Assembly (NCBI RefSeq): GCF_009914755.1
Contig: NC_060933.1
Source: the human T2T-CHM13v2.0 reference genome, Homo sapiens
Strand: one strand, 5' to 3'
DNA: 64,000 nucleotides
Below, in pieces: positions 12,640 through 27,829 of the stretch. The translations under genes were made by a program, and so were the position numbers. The notes beneath the pieces are model-generated. The model made no database searches, had not been told where the DNA came from, and saw only the letters and a program-made list of their open reading frames with translations. Each line of letters begins with the position of its first letter. The first letter of the stretch is position 1.

Positions 12640-15140
12640 TCCATTCCATTCCATTCCAGTCCTTTCCATTCCATTCCACTCGGGTTGATTCCATTCTATT
12701 AGTTTCCATTCCATTCCATTCCCTTCCATTCCACTCTGGTTGATTCCATTCCTTTCCATTCCACTCGAATACATTCCCTCCTATTCCACTCGGAACGATT
12801 CCATTCCATTCCATTCCATTCCATTCCATTCCAGTTCGTTCCATTCCATTCTATTCCTTACCATTCCATTCCATTCCATTCCTTTCCATTCCATTCCTTT
12901 CCACTCGTGTTGATTCCATTCCTTTCCATTCCTTTCGGTTTGAAGGCATTCCATTCCATTCCATTCCATTCCATTCCATTCTATTCCATTCCATTCCATT
13001 CCATTCTCTTCCATTCCATTGCAATCGAGTTTAATCCATTGCCTTTCATTCCGTTCCATTCCATTCCATTCCATTCCGGAAGATTCCATTCCATTACATT
13101 AAATTCCATTCCATTCCCCTGCACTCGCGTTGATTCCATTCCATTCCATTCCATTCCATTCCGTTCCGTTCCATTCCATTCCATTCCATTCCATTCCATT
13201 CCATTCCATTCCGTTCCGTTCCATTCCATTCCATTCCATTCTATTCGGGTTAATTCCATTCCATTCCATTCGATTGCCATCGAGTTGATTACATTCCATT
13301 TCATTCCATTCCATTCCATTCCATACCATTCCATTCCTTTCCATTCCATTACGGATGACTCCATTCCATTGCATTCCATTCCATTCCATTCCCCTGTACT
13401 CGGGTTGATTCCATTCCATTCCATTCCACTCCATTCGGTTCCGTTGCATTCCATTCTATTGCATTCCATTCTATTCGGGTTAATTCCATTCCATTCTATT
13501 CCATTCCATTCCATTCCATTCCATTGCAATGGAGTTGATTCCATTCCATTCCATTCCATTCCGGATTATTCCATTCCATTGCATTCCATTCCATTCCATT
13601 CCCCTGCACTCGTGTTGATTCCATTCCCTTCCATTCCATTCCATTCCATTCCATTCCATTCTATTCCGATTAATTCCATTCCATTCCATTCCATTCCATT
13701 CCATTGCAATCGAGTTGATTCCATTCCATTCCTTTCCATTCCATTCCATTGCCTTGCATTCCACTCGGGTTGATTCCATTCCCTTCTTTCCACTCCATTA
13801 CATTCCCTTCCATTCCACTCGGAATGATTGATTCCATTCCATTCCATTCCATTTCATTCCATTGTATTCGGGTTAATTCCATTCCATTCCATTCCATTCC
13901 ATTCCATTCCATTCCATTCCATTAGAATCGAGTTGATTCCATTCCATTCCATTCCTTTCCATTCCATTCCATTCCATTCCAGTCCTTTCCATTCCATTCT
14001 ACTCGGGTTGATTTCATTCTATTAGTTTCCATTCCATTCCATTCCCTTCCATTCCACTCTGGTTGATTCCATTCCTTTCCATTCCACTCGAATATATTCC
14101 CTCCTATTCCACTCGGAACGATTCCATTCCATTCCATTCCATTCCATTCCATTCCAGTTCGTTCCATTCCATTCTATTCCGTACCATTCCATTCCATTCC
14201 ATTCCTTTCCATTCCATTCCTTTCCACTCGTGTTGATTCCATTCCTTTCCATTCCTTTCGGTTTGAAGGCATTCCATTCCATTCCATTCCATTCCATTCC
14301 ATTCCATTCCATTCTCTTCCATTCCATTGCAATCGAGTTTAATCCATTGCCTTTCATTCCGTTCCATTCCATTCCATTCCATTCCGGAAGATTCCATTCC
14401 ATTACATTCCATTCCATTCCATTCCCCTGCACTCGCGTTAATTCCATTCCATTCCATTCCATTCCATTCCGTTCCGTTCCATTCCATTCCATTCCATTCC
14501 ATTCCATTCCATTCCGTTCCGTTCCATTCCATTCCATTCCATTCTATTCGGGTTAATTCCATTCCATTCCATTCGATTGCCATCGAGTTGATTCCATTCC
14601 ATTCCATTCCATTCCATTCCATTCCATTCCTTTCCATTCCATTACGGATGACTCCATTCCATTGCATTCCATTCCATTCCATTCCCCTGTACTCGGGTTG
14701 ATTCCATTCCATTCCATTCCACTCCATTCGGTTCCGTTGCATTCCATTCTATTGCATTCCATTCTATTCGGGTTAATTCCATTCCATTCTATTCCATTCC
14801 ATTCCATTCCATTCCATTGCAATGGAGTTGATTCCCTTCCATTCCATTCCATTCCGGATTATTCCATTCCATTGCATTCCATTCCATTCCATTCCCCTGC
14901 ACTCGTGTTGATTCCATTCCCTTCCATTCCATTCCATTCCATTCCATTCCATTCCATTCCATTCTATTCCGATTAATTCCATTCCATTCCATTCCATTCC
15001 ATTCCATTCCATTGCAATCGAGTTGATTCCATTCCATTCCTTTCCTTTCCATTCCATTGCCTTGCATTCCACTCGGGTTGATTCCATTCCCTTCTTTCCA
15101 CTCCATTACATTCCCTTCCATTCCACTCGGAATGATTGAT
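12640..15140 (+). repeat. ~1.3-kb tandem duplication
   Basis: Shared private variants CCTTTCGGTTTGAAGG (12931/14254), GAGTTTAATCC, GGATTATTCC and CCGATTAATT. ORF starts 12907/14230 (offset 1323). Confidence 0.8.
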
Positions 15141-18100
15141 TCCATTCCATTCCATTCCATTTCATTCCATTGCAATCCATTCCAATCCATTCCATTCCAT
15201 TCCATTCCACTCGAGTTGACTTCATTCCATTCCTTTCCATTCCATTCCATTCCATTCCTTTCCACTCGAGTTGATTCCATTCCATTCCAATCCATTGCAT
15301 TCCATTCCATGCCATTCCACTCTGGTTGATTCCATTCCTTTGCATTCCATTCCATTCCATTCCATTGCATTCCATTCCATTCCATTCCGTTGCATTCCAT
15401 TCCATTACATTCGGATTGATTCTATTCAACTCCCTTACTCTCCATTACATTCCATTCCATTCGGGTTGTTCCATTCCATTCCATTCCATTCCACTCCATT
15501 CCATTGCACTCGGGTTGATTCCATTCCATTCCATTCCATTCCATTCCATTCCGGATGATTCCATTCCATTGCATTCCGTTCCATTACATTCCCCTGCATT
15601 CGGGTTGATACCATTCCATTCCATTCCATTCCATTCCATTCCATTCCATTCCATTCTATTCGGGTGAATTCCTTTCCATTCCATTCCATTCCATTCCATT
15701 CCATTCCATTCCATTCCATTCCATTGCAATCGAGTTGATTCCATTCCATTCCATTCCATTCCGTTCCGGATGATTCCATTCCATTCCATTCCATTCCATT
15801 CCATTCCCCTGCAGTCGGGTTGATTCCATTCCATTCCATTCCATTCCATTCCGTTCCGTTCAATTCCATTCCATTCCATTCTATTCGGGTTAATTCCATT
15901 CCATTCCATTCCATTCCATTCCATTCCATTCGATTCCAATCGATTTGAATCCATTCCATTCCATTCCATTCCATTCCACTCCATTCCAGTCCTTTCCATT
16001 CCATTACACTCGGGTTGATTCCATTCTATTCCTTTCCACTCCATTGCATTCCATTGCAATCGAGTTGACTCCATTGCTTTGCATTCCATTCCATTCCATT
16101 CCATTCCGGATGATTCCATTCCATTGCATTCCATTCCATTCCATTCCCCTGCACTCGGGTTGATTCCATTCCATTCCACTCCTTTCCGTTCCATTCCATT
16201 CCATTCCATTTTATTCGGGTTAATTCCATTCCATTCCATTTCATTCCATTCCATTCCATTACAATCGAGTTGATTCCCTTCCATTCCATTCCATTCCATT
16301 CCATTCCAGTCCTTTCCATTCCATTCCACTCGGTTTGATTCCATTCTATTAGTTTCCATTCCATTCCATTCCCTTCCATTCCACTCTGGTTGATTCCTTT
16401 CCTTTCCATTCCACTCGAATACATTCCCTCCTATTCCACTCGGAACGATTCCATTCCATTCCATTACATTCCATTCCATTCCATTCCATTCCAGTTCGTT
16501 CCATTCCATTCTATTCCGTACCATTCCATTCCATTCCATTCCTTTCCATTCCATTACTTTCCACTCGTGTTGATTCCATTCCTTTCCATTCCATTCGGTT
16601 TGAAGGCATTCCATTCCATTCAATTCCATTCCATTCCATTCCATTCCATTCCATTCCATTCCATTCCATTCCATTCTATTCCATTCCATTGCAATCGAGT
16701 TGAATCCATTGCCTTTCATTCCATTCCATTCCATTCCATTCCATTCCGGATGATTCCATTCCATTCCATTCCATTCCATTCCATTCCCCTGCACTCGCGT
16801 TGATTCCATTCCATTCCATTCCATTCCATTCCGTTCCGTTCCATTCCATTCCATTCCATTCCATTCCATTCCATTCCGTTCCGTTCCATTCCATTCCATT
16901 CCATTCTATTCGGGTTAATTCCATTCCATTCCATTCGATTGCCATCGAGTTGATTCCATTCCATTCCATTCCATTCCATTCCTTTCCATTCCATTCCTTT
17001 CCATTCCATTACGGATGACTCCATTCCTTTGCATTCCATTCCATTCCATTCCCCTGTACTCGGGTTGATTCCATTCCATTCCATTCCACTCCATTCGGTT
17101 CCGTTGCATTCCATTCTATTGCATTCCATTCTATTCGGGTTAATTCCATTCCATTCTATTCCATTCCATTCCATTCCATTCCATTGCAATGGAGATGATT
17201 CCATTCCATTCCATTCCATTCCGGATGATTCCATTCCATTGCATTCCATTCCTTTCCATTCCCCTGCACTCGTGTTCTTTCCATTCCGTTCCATTCCATT
17301 CCATTCCATTCTGTTCCGGTTAATTCCATTCCATTCCATTCCATTCCATTCCATTCCATTCCATTGCAATCGAGTTGATTGCATTCCATTCCTTTCCATT
17401 CCATTCCATTGCCTTGCATTCCACTCGGGTTGATTCCATTCCCTTCTTTCCACTCCATTACATTCCCTTCCATTCCACTCGGAATGATTGATTCCATTCC
17501 ATTCCATTCCATTTCATTCCATTGCAATCCATTCCAATCCATTCCATTCCATTCCATTCCACTCGAGTTGACTTCATTCCATTCCTTTCCATTCCATTCC
17601 ATTCCTTTCCACTCGAGTTGATTCCATTCCATTCCAATCCATTGCATTCCATTCCATGCCATTCCACTCGGGTTGATTCCATTCCTTTGCATTGCATTCC
17701 ATTCCATTCCATTCCATTCCTCTCCATTCCATTGCACTCAGGTTGATTCCATTCCATTGCATTCCATTCCATTCCATTCAATCCATTCCGTTCCATTCCA
17801 TTCCATTATATTCGGATTGATTCTATTCAACTCCCTTACTCTCCATTACATTCCATTCCATTCGGGTTGTTCCATTCCATTCCATTCCATTCCACTCCAT
17901 TCCATTGCACTCGGGTTTATTCAATTCCACTCCATTCCATTCCATTCCGGAAGATTCCATTCCATTGCATTCCATTCCATTCCATTCCCCTGCACTCGCG
18001 TTGATTCCATTCCATTCCATTCCATTCAATTCCATTCCATTCCATTCCATTCCAATCCAGTTGATTCCATTCCATTCCCTTACATTTCATTCCATTCCAC

Positions 18101-21100
18101 TCCATTCCAGTCCTTTCCATTCCATTCTACTCGGGTTGATTCCATTCTATTCCTTTCCATTCCATTCCATTCCATTGCAATCGAGTTGATTCGATTGCTT
18201 TGCATTCCATTCCATTCCATTCCATTCCGGATGATTCCATTCCATTGCATTCCATTCCATTCCATTCCCCTGCACTCGGGTTGATTCCATTCCATTCCAC
18301 TCCATTCCGTTCCATTCCATTCCATTCCATTGTATTCGGGTTAATTCCATTCCATTCCATTCCATTCCATTCCATTCCATTCCATTACAATCGATTTGAT
18401 TCCATTCCATTCCATTCCATTCCATTCCATTCCAGTCCTTTCCATTCCATTCTACTCGGGTTGATTTCATTCTGTTAGTTTCCATTCCATTCCATTCCCT
18501 TCCATTCCACTCTGGTTGATTCCATTCCTTTCCATTCCACTCGAATACATTCTCTCATATTCCACTCGGAACGATTCCATTCCATTCCATTCCATTCCAT
18601 TCCATTCCATTCCATTTCGTTCCATTCCATTCTATTCCGTACCATTCCATTCCATTCCATTCCATTCCATTCCATTCCACTCGTGTTGATTCCATTCCTT
18701 TCCATTCCATTCGTTTTGAAGCCATTCCATTCCATTCAATTCCACTCCATTCCATTCCATTCCATTCCATTCTATTCCATTCCATTGTACTCGGGTTGAT
18801 TCCATTCCATTGCATTCCATCCCATTCCATTCCATTCCATTCCGTTCCATTACATTCGCATTGATTCTATTCAACTCCCTTACACTCCATTCCATTCCAT
18901 TCCATTCGGGTTGTTCCATTCCATTCCATTCCATTCCACTCCATTCCATTGCACTCGGGTTGATTCGATTCCATTCCATTCCATTCCATTCCATTCCGGA
19001 TGATTCCATTCCATTGCATTCCGTTCCATTACATTCCCCTCCACTCGCATTGATTCCATTCCATTCCATTCCATTCCATACCATTCCATTCCATTCCATT
19101 CCATTCCATTCCATTCCATTGCAATCGAGTTGAATCCATTGCATTCCATTCCATTCCATTCCATTACGGAAGATTCCATTCCATTGCATTCCATTCCATT
19201 CCATTCCCCTGCACTCGCGTTTATTCCATTCCATTCCATTCCATTCCATTCCGTTCCGTTCCGTTCCATTCCATTCCATTCCATTCCATTCCACTCCATT
19301 CCATTCCATTCCGTTCCGTTCCATTCCATTCCATTCCGTTCTATTCGGGTTAATTCCATTCCATTCCATTCGATTGCAATGAGAGTTGATTCCATTCCAT
19401 TCCATTCCATTCCATTCCATTCCTTTCCATTCCATTCCTTCCCATTCCATTACGGATGATTCCATTCCATTGCATTCCATTCCGTTCCATTCCCTTGTAC
19501 TGGGGTTGATTCCATTCCATTCCATTCCAATTCATGCCATTCCACTCGTGTTGATTCCATTCTTTCCATTCCATTCAAGTTGAATCAATTCCATTGCATT
19601 CCATTCCATTCGATTCCATTCGATTGCACTCGGGTTGATTCCATTCCATTGCATTCCATTCCATTCCATTCCATTCCATTCCATTCCGTTCCATTCCATT
19701 CCATTACATTCGGATTGATTCTTTTCAACTCCCTTACTCTCCATTACATTCCTTTCCATTCGGGTTGTTCGATTCCATTCCATTCCTTTCCACTCCATTC
19801 CATTGCACTCGGGTTGATTCCATTCCATTCCATTCCATTCCATTCCATTCCATTCTATTCCATTCCATTCCCCTGCACTCGCGTTGATTCCATTCCATTT
19901 CATTCCATTCCATTCCATTCCATTCCATTCTTTTCCGTTCCATTCCATTCCATTCCATTCCATTCCGTTCCGTTCCATTCCATTTCATTCCATTCTATTC
20001 GGGTTAATTCCATTCCATTCCATTCGATTGCAATCGAGTTGATTCCATTCCATTCCATTCCATTCCATTCCATTCCATTCCATTCCATTCCTTTCCATTC
20101 CATTACGGATGATTCCATTCCATTGCATTCCATTCCATTCCATTCCCCTGTAGTCGGGTTGATTCCATTCCATTCCATTCCAATCCATGCCATTCCACTC
20201 GTGTTGATTCCATTCTTTCCATTCCATTCAGGTTGAATACATTCCATTGCATTCCATTCCATTCGATTCCATTCGATTGCACTCGGGTTGACTCCATTCC
20301 ATTGCATTCCATTCCATTACGTTCCATTCCATTTCATTACATTCAGATTGATTCTATTCAATTCCCTTACACTCCATTATATTCCAATCCATTCTGGTTG
20401 TTTCCATTCCATTCCATTCCATTTCACTCCATTCCATTGCACTCGGGTTAATTCCATTGCATTCCATTCCATTCCATTCCGGATGATTCCATTCCATTGC
20501 ATTCCATTCCATTCCATTCCCCTGCACTCGGGTTGATACCATTCCATTCCATTACATTACATTCCGTTCCATTCCATTCCATTCCATTCGGATTGATTCT
20601 ATTCAATTCCCTTACAATCCATTACATTCCATTCCATTCGGGTAGTTTCCATTCCTTTCCATTCCATTTCTCTCTATTCCATTGTACTCGGGTTGATTCC
20701 ATTCCATTCCATTCCATTCCATTCCATTCCATTCCATTACATTCCATTCCATTGTACTCGGGTTGATTCCATTCCATTGCATTCCATTACATTCCATTCC
20801 ATTCCATTCCGTTCCATTCCATTACATTCCATTCGGATTGATTCTATTCAACTCCCTTACTCTCTATTACATTCCATTCCATTCGGGTTGTTCCATTCCA
20901 TTCTATTCCATTCCACTCCATTCCATTGCACTCAGGTTGATTCCATTCCATTCCATACCATTCCATTCCATTCCGGATGATTCCATTCCATTGCATTCCG
21001 TTCCATTACATTCCCCTGTACTCGGGTTGATTCCATTCCATTCCATTCCATTCCATTCCATTCCATTCCATTCCATTCCAATTCTTTCCATTCCATTCTA

Positions 21101-22599
21101 TTCCGTACCATTCCGTTCCATTCCATACAATTCCATTCCATTCCATTCCATTCCGCTGCGTTCCATTCCGTTCCGTTCCGTTCCATTCCATTCCATTCCA
21201 TTCTATTCGGGTTAATTCCATTTCATTCCATTCCATTCCATTCTATTGCATTCCATTGCAATCGAGTTGAATCCATTGCATTCCATTCCATTCCATTCCA
21301 TTCCATTCCGGAAGATTCCATTCCATTGCAATCTATTCCATTCCATTCCCCTGCACTCGCGTTGATTCCATTCCATTCCATTCCATTCCATTCCATTCCG
21401 TTCCGTTACGTTCCATTGCATTCCATTCCATTCCGTTCCGTTCTGTTCCGTTCCATCCCATTCCATTCTATTCGGTTTAATTCCATTCCATTCCATTCGA
21501 TTGCAATCGAGTTGATTCCATTCCATTCCATTCCATTCCATTCTATTCCATTCCATTCCATTCCATTCCGGAAGATTCCATTCCATTGCATTCCATTCCA
21601 TTCCATTCCCCTGCACTCGCGTTGATTCCATTCCATTCCATTCCATTCCATTCCATTCCATTCCATTCCGTTTCGTTCCGTTCCGTTCCATTCCATTCCA
21701 TTCCATTCCATTCCATTCCATTCCATTCCGTTCCGTTCCATTGCATTCCATTCCATTCCATTCTATTCGGGTTAATTCCATTCCATTCCATTCGATTGCA
21801 ATCCATTCCATTTCATTCCATTCCATTCCATTCCATTCCATTCCATTCCATTCCATTCCATTCCTTTCCATTACATTACGGATGATTCCATTCCATTTCC
21901 TTCCATTCCATTCCATTCCATTCCACTCCATTCCATTGCACTCGGGTTGATTCCATTCCATTCCATTCCATTCCATTCCATTCCATTCCGGATGATTCCA
22001 TTCCATTGCATTCCATTCCATTCCATTCCCCTGTACTCGGGTTGATTCCATTCCATTCCATTCCAATCCATGCCATTCCACTCGTGTTGATTCCATTCTT
22101 TCCATTCCATTCAAGTTGAATCCATTGCATTGCATTCCATTCCATTCGATTCCATTCGATTGCACTCGGGTTGATTCCATTCCATTGCATTCCATTCCAT
22201 TCCATTCCATTCCATTCTATTCCGTTCCATTCCATTCCATTACATTCGGATTGATTCTTTTCAACTCCCTTACTCTCCATTCCATTCCATTCCATTCGGG
22301 TTGTTCCATTCCATTCCATTCCATTCCACTCCATTCCATTGCACTCGGGTTGATTCCATTCCATTCCATTCCATTCCATTCGATTCCATTCCATTCCCCT
22401 GCACTCGCGTTGATTCCATTCCATTCTATTCCATTCCATTCCATTCCATTCCATTCCATTCCTTTCCCTTCCATTCCATTCCATTCCATTCAATTCCGTT
22501 CCTTTCCATTCCTTTCCATTCCATTCTATTCGGGTTAATTCCATTCTATTCCATTCGATTGCAATCGAGTTGATTCCATTCCATTCCATTCCATTCCAT

Positions 22600-25500
22600 T
22601 CCATTCCATTCCATTCCATTCCAATCGACTTGATTCCATTCCATTCCATTCCACTCCATTCCACTCAATTCCAGTCCTTTCCATTCCATTCCATTCGGGT
22701 TGATTCCATTCTATTCCTTTCCATTCCATTCCATTCCATTGCAATCGAGTTGGTTCCATTGATTTGCATTCCGTTCCATTCCATTCCATTCCATTATATT
22801 CGGGTTAATTCCATTGCATTCCATTCCATTCCATTCCATTCCATTCCATTCCATTCCATTCCATTCCATTACAATGGAGTTGTTCCCATTCCATTCAATT
22901 CCATTCCATTCCATTCCATTCCATTCCAGTCCTTTCTATTCCATTCCACTCGGGTTGATTCCATTCTATTAGTTTCCATTCCATTCCATTCCCATCCATT
23001 CCACTCTGGTTGATTCCATTCCTTTCCATTCCACTCGAATACATTCCCTCCTATTCCACTCGTAACGATTCCATTCCATTCCATTCCATTCCCTTCCATT
23101 CCATTCCATTCCATTCCATTTCGTTCCATTCCATTCTATTCCGTACCATTCCATTCCAATCCATTCCATTCCATTCCATTCCATTCCATTCCATTTCGTT
23201 CCATTCCATTCTATTCCGTACCATTCCATTCCATTCCATTCCATTCCACTCCACTCCATTCCATTCCATTCCATTCCATTCCATTCCACTCGTGTTGATT
23301 CCATTCCTTTCCATTCCATTCAGTTTGAAGGCATTCCATTCCATTCCATTCCATTCCATTCCATTCCATTCCATTCCATTCCATTGTACTCGGGTTGATT
23401 CCATTCCATTGCATTCCATTCCATTCCATTCCATTCCATTCCATTCCATTCCATTCCATTCCATTCCGGATGATTCCATTCCATTGCATTCCATTCCATT
23501 CCATTCCCCTGCACTCGGGTTGATTACATTCCATTCCCTTCCCTTCCATTCCTTTCCATTCCTTTCCATTCCATTCTATTCGGGTGAATTCCATTCCATT
23601 CCATTCCATTCCATTCCATTCCATTCCATTCCATTACAATCGAGTTGATTCCATTCCATTCCATTCCATTCCGTTCCGGATGATTCCATTCCATTGCATT
23701 CCATTCCATTCCATTCCCCTGCAGTCGGGTTGATTCCTTTCCATTCCATTCCATTCCATTCCATTCTATTCCATTCCGTTCCATTCCATTCCATTCCATT
23801 CTATTCGGGTTAATTCCATTGCATTCCATTCCATTCCATTCCAATCGAGTTACTTCCATTCCATTCCATTCCATTCCACTCCATTCCAGTCCTTTCCATT
23901 CCATTCCACTCGGGTTGATTCCATTCTATTCCTTTCCATTCCATTCCATTGCAATCGAGTTGATTCCATTGCATTGCATTCCATTCCATTCCATTCCATT
24001 CCGGATGATTCCATTCCATTGCATTCCATTCCATTCCATTCCCCTGCACTCGGGTTGATTCCATTCCATTCCACTCCATTCCGTTCCATTCCATTCCATT
24101 CCATTGTATTCGGGTTAATTCCATTCCATTCCATTCCTTTCCATTCCATTACAATCGAGTTGATTCCATTCCATTCCATTCCATTCCATTCCATTCCATT
24201 CCTTTCCATTCCATTCCACTCGGGTTGATTCCATTCTATTAGTTTCCATTCCATTCCATTCCCTTCCATTCCACTCTGGTTGATTCCATTCCTTTCCATT
24301 CCACTCGTATGCATTCCGTCCTATTCCACTCGGAACAATTCCATTCCATTCCATTCCATTCCATTCCATTCCATTCCATTCCATTCCACTCGTGTTGATT
24401 CCATTCCTTTCCGTTCCATTCGGTTTGAAGCCATTCCATTCCATTCAATTCCATTCTATTCCATTCCGTTCCATTCCATTTCATTCCATTGTACTCGGGT
24501 TGATTCCATTCCATTGCATTCCATTCCATTCCATTCAATTCCATTCCGTTCCATTCCATTCCATTACATTCGGATTGATTCTATTCAACTCCCTTACTCT
24601 CAATTACATTCCATTCCATTCGGATTGATTCTATTCAACTCCCTTACTCTCCATTACATTACATTCCATTCGGGTTGTTCCATTCCATTCCATTCCATTC
24701 CACTCCATTCCATTGCACTCGGGTTGATTCCATTCCATTCCATTCCATTCCATTCCATTCCATTCCATTCCATTCCGGATGATTCCATTCCATTGCATTC
24801 CGTTCCATTACATTCCCCTGCACTCGGGTTGATTCCATTGCATTCCATTCCATTCCATTCGATTCCATTCCATTCCAATTCTTTCCTTTCCATTCTATTC
24901 CGTACCATTCCATTCCATTCCATACAAATCCATTCCATTCCATTCCATTCCTTTCCGTTCCGTTCCGTTCCGTTCCGTTCCATTCCATTCCATTCCATTC
25001 TATTCGGGTTAATTCCATTTCATTCCATTCCATTCCATTCTATTGCATTCCATTGCAATCGAGTTGAATCCATTGCATTCCATTCCATTCCATTCCATTC
25101 CATTCCGGAAGATTCCATTCCATTGCAATCTATTCCATTCCATTCCCCTGCACTCGCGTTTATTCCATTCCATTTCATTCCATTCCATTCCATTACATTC
25201 GGATAGATTCTATTCAATTCCCTTATTCTCCATTACATTCCATTCCATTCGGGATGTTTCCATTCCATTCCATTCCATTCCACTCCATTCCATTGCATCA
25301 GGTTGATTGCATTCCATTCCATTCCATTCCCCTGCAGTCGGGTTGATTCCATTCCATTGTATTCCATTCCATTCCATTCCATTCCATTCTGTTCCATTCC
25401 ATTCCATTCCATTCTATTCGTGTTAATTCCAATCCATTCCATTCCATTCCATTCCAATCGACTTGATTCCATTCCATTCCATTCCATTCCATTCCACTCT

Positions 25501-26400
25501 ATTCCAGTCCTTTCCATTCCATTCCACTCGGGTTGATTCCATTCTATTCCTTTCCATTCCATTCCATTCCATTGCAATCGAGTTGATTCCATTTCTTTGC
25601 ATTCCGTTCCATTCCATTCCATTCCATTATATTCGGGTTAATTCCATTGCATTCCATTCCATTCCATTCCATTCCATTCCATTCCATTCCATTCCATTCC
25701 ATTCCATTACAATGGAGTTGATTCCATTCCATTCCATTCCATTCCATTCCATTCCATTCCAGTCCTTTCCATTCCATTCCACTCGGGTTGATTCCATTCT
25801 ACTAGTTTCCATTCCATTCCATTCCCCTCCATTCCACTCTGGTTGATTCCATTCCTTTCCATTCCACTCGAATACATTCCCTCCTATTCCACTCGGAACG
25901 ATTCCATTCCATTCCATTCCATTCCATTCCATTCCATTCCATTCCATTCCATTCCGTTCCGTTCCATTCCATTCCATTCCATTCCATTTCGTTCCATTCC
26001 ATTCTATTCCGTACCATTCCATTCCATTCCATTCCATTCCATTCCATTCCACTCCATTCCATTCCATTCCATTCCATTCCATTCCACTCGTGTTGATTCC
26101 ATTCCTTTCCATTCCATTCAGTTTGAAAGCATTCCATTCCATTCCATTCCATTCCATTCTATTCCATTCTATTCCATTCCATTGTACTCGGGTTGATTCC
26201 ATTCCATTGCATTCCATTCCATTCCATTCCATTCCATTCCATTCCATTCCATTCCATTCCATTCCATTCCGGATGATTCCATTCCATTGCATTCCATTCC
26301 ATTCCATTCCCCTGCACTCGGTTTGATTACATTCCATTCCCTTCCCTTCCATTCCTTTCCATTCCATTCCATTCCATTCTATTCGGGTGAATTCCATTCC
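22600..26400 (+). repeat. Dispersed ~1-kb duplication: ~22600-23600 and ~25450-26400
   Basis: Shared CCAATCGACTTG, CCATTATATTCGGG, ACAATGGAGTTG, CAGTTTGAA, TGATTACATTCCATTCCCTTCCCTTCC and CGGGTGAATT. Offset 2833 (ORF starts 23010/25843). Confidence 0.7.
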
Positions 26401-27829
26401 ATTCCATTGCATTCCATTCCATTCCATTCCATTCCATTCCGTTCCATTCCATCCCATTACATTTGGATTGATTCTATTCAATTCCCTTACACTTCATTAC
26501 ATTCCATTCCATTCGTGTAGTTTCCATTCCATTCCATTCCATTCCTCTCCATTCCATTGCACTCGGGTTGATTCCATTCCATTCCATTCCATTCCATTCC
26601 ATTCCATTCCATTGTACTCGGGTTGATTCCATTCCATTGCATGGCATTCCATTCCATTCCGTTCCATTCCATTCCATTACATTCGGGTTGATTCTATTCA
26701 ACTCCCTTACTCTCCATTACATTCCATTCCATTCGTGTTGTTCCATTCCATTCCATTCCATTCCACTCCATTGCATTGCACTCGGGTTGATTCCATTCCA
26801 TTCCATTCCATTCTATTCCATTCCGGATGATTCCATTCCATTGCATTCCGTTCCATTATATTCCCCTGCACTCGGGTTGATTCCATTCCATTCCATTCCA
26901 TTCCATACCATTCCATTCGATTACATTCCATTCCAATTCTTCCATTCCATTCTATTCCGTACCATTCCATTCCATTCCATACAATTCCATTCCATTCCAT
27001 TCCATTCCATTCCATTCCGTTCCGTTCCGTTCCGTTCCATTCCATTCCATTCCATTCCATTCTATTCCACTCCATTGCAATCGAGTTGAATCCATTGCAT
27101 TCCATTCCATTCCATTCCATTCCATTTCGGAAGATTGCATTCCATTGCATTCCATTCCATTCCATTCCCCTGCACTCGCGTTGAATCCATTCCATTCCAT
27201 TCCATTCCATTCCATTCCATTCCATTCCATTCCTTTCCGTTCCATTCCATTCCATTCCATTCCATTCCTTTCCATTCCGTTCCGTTCCATTCCATTCCAT
27301 TCCATTCTATTCGGGTTAATTCCATTCCATTCCATTCGATTACAATTGAGTTGATTCCATTCCATTCCATTCGATTCCATTCCATTCCATTCCATTCCAT
27401 TCCATTCCTTTCCATTCCATTACGGATGATTCCATTCCATTGCATTCCATTCCATTCCATTCCCCTGTACTCGGGTTGATTCCATTCAATTCCATTCCAA
27501 TCCATGCCACTCCACTCGTGTTGATTCCATTCTTTCCATTCCATTCAAGTTGAATCCTTTCCATTGCATTCCATTCCATTCGATTCCATTCGATTGCACT
27601 CGGGTTGATTCCATTCCATTGCATTCCATTCCATTCCATTCCATTCCATTCCATTCCATTCCGTTCCATTCCATTTCATTACATTCAGATTGATTCTATT
27701 CAATTCCCTTACACTCCATTATATTCCAATCCATTCTGGTTGTTTCCATTCCATTCCATTGCATTTCACTCCATTCCATTGCACTCGGGTTGATTCCATT
27801 CCATTCCATTCCATTCCATTCCTTTCCAT

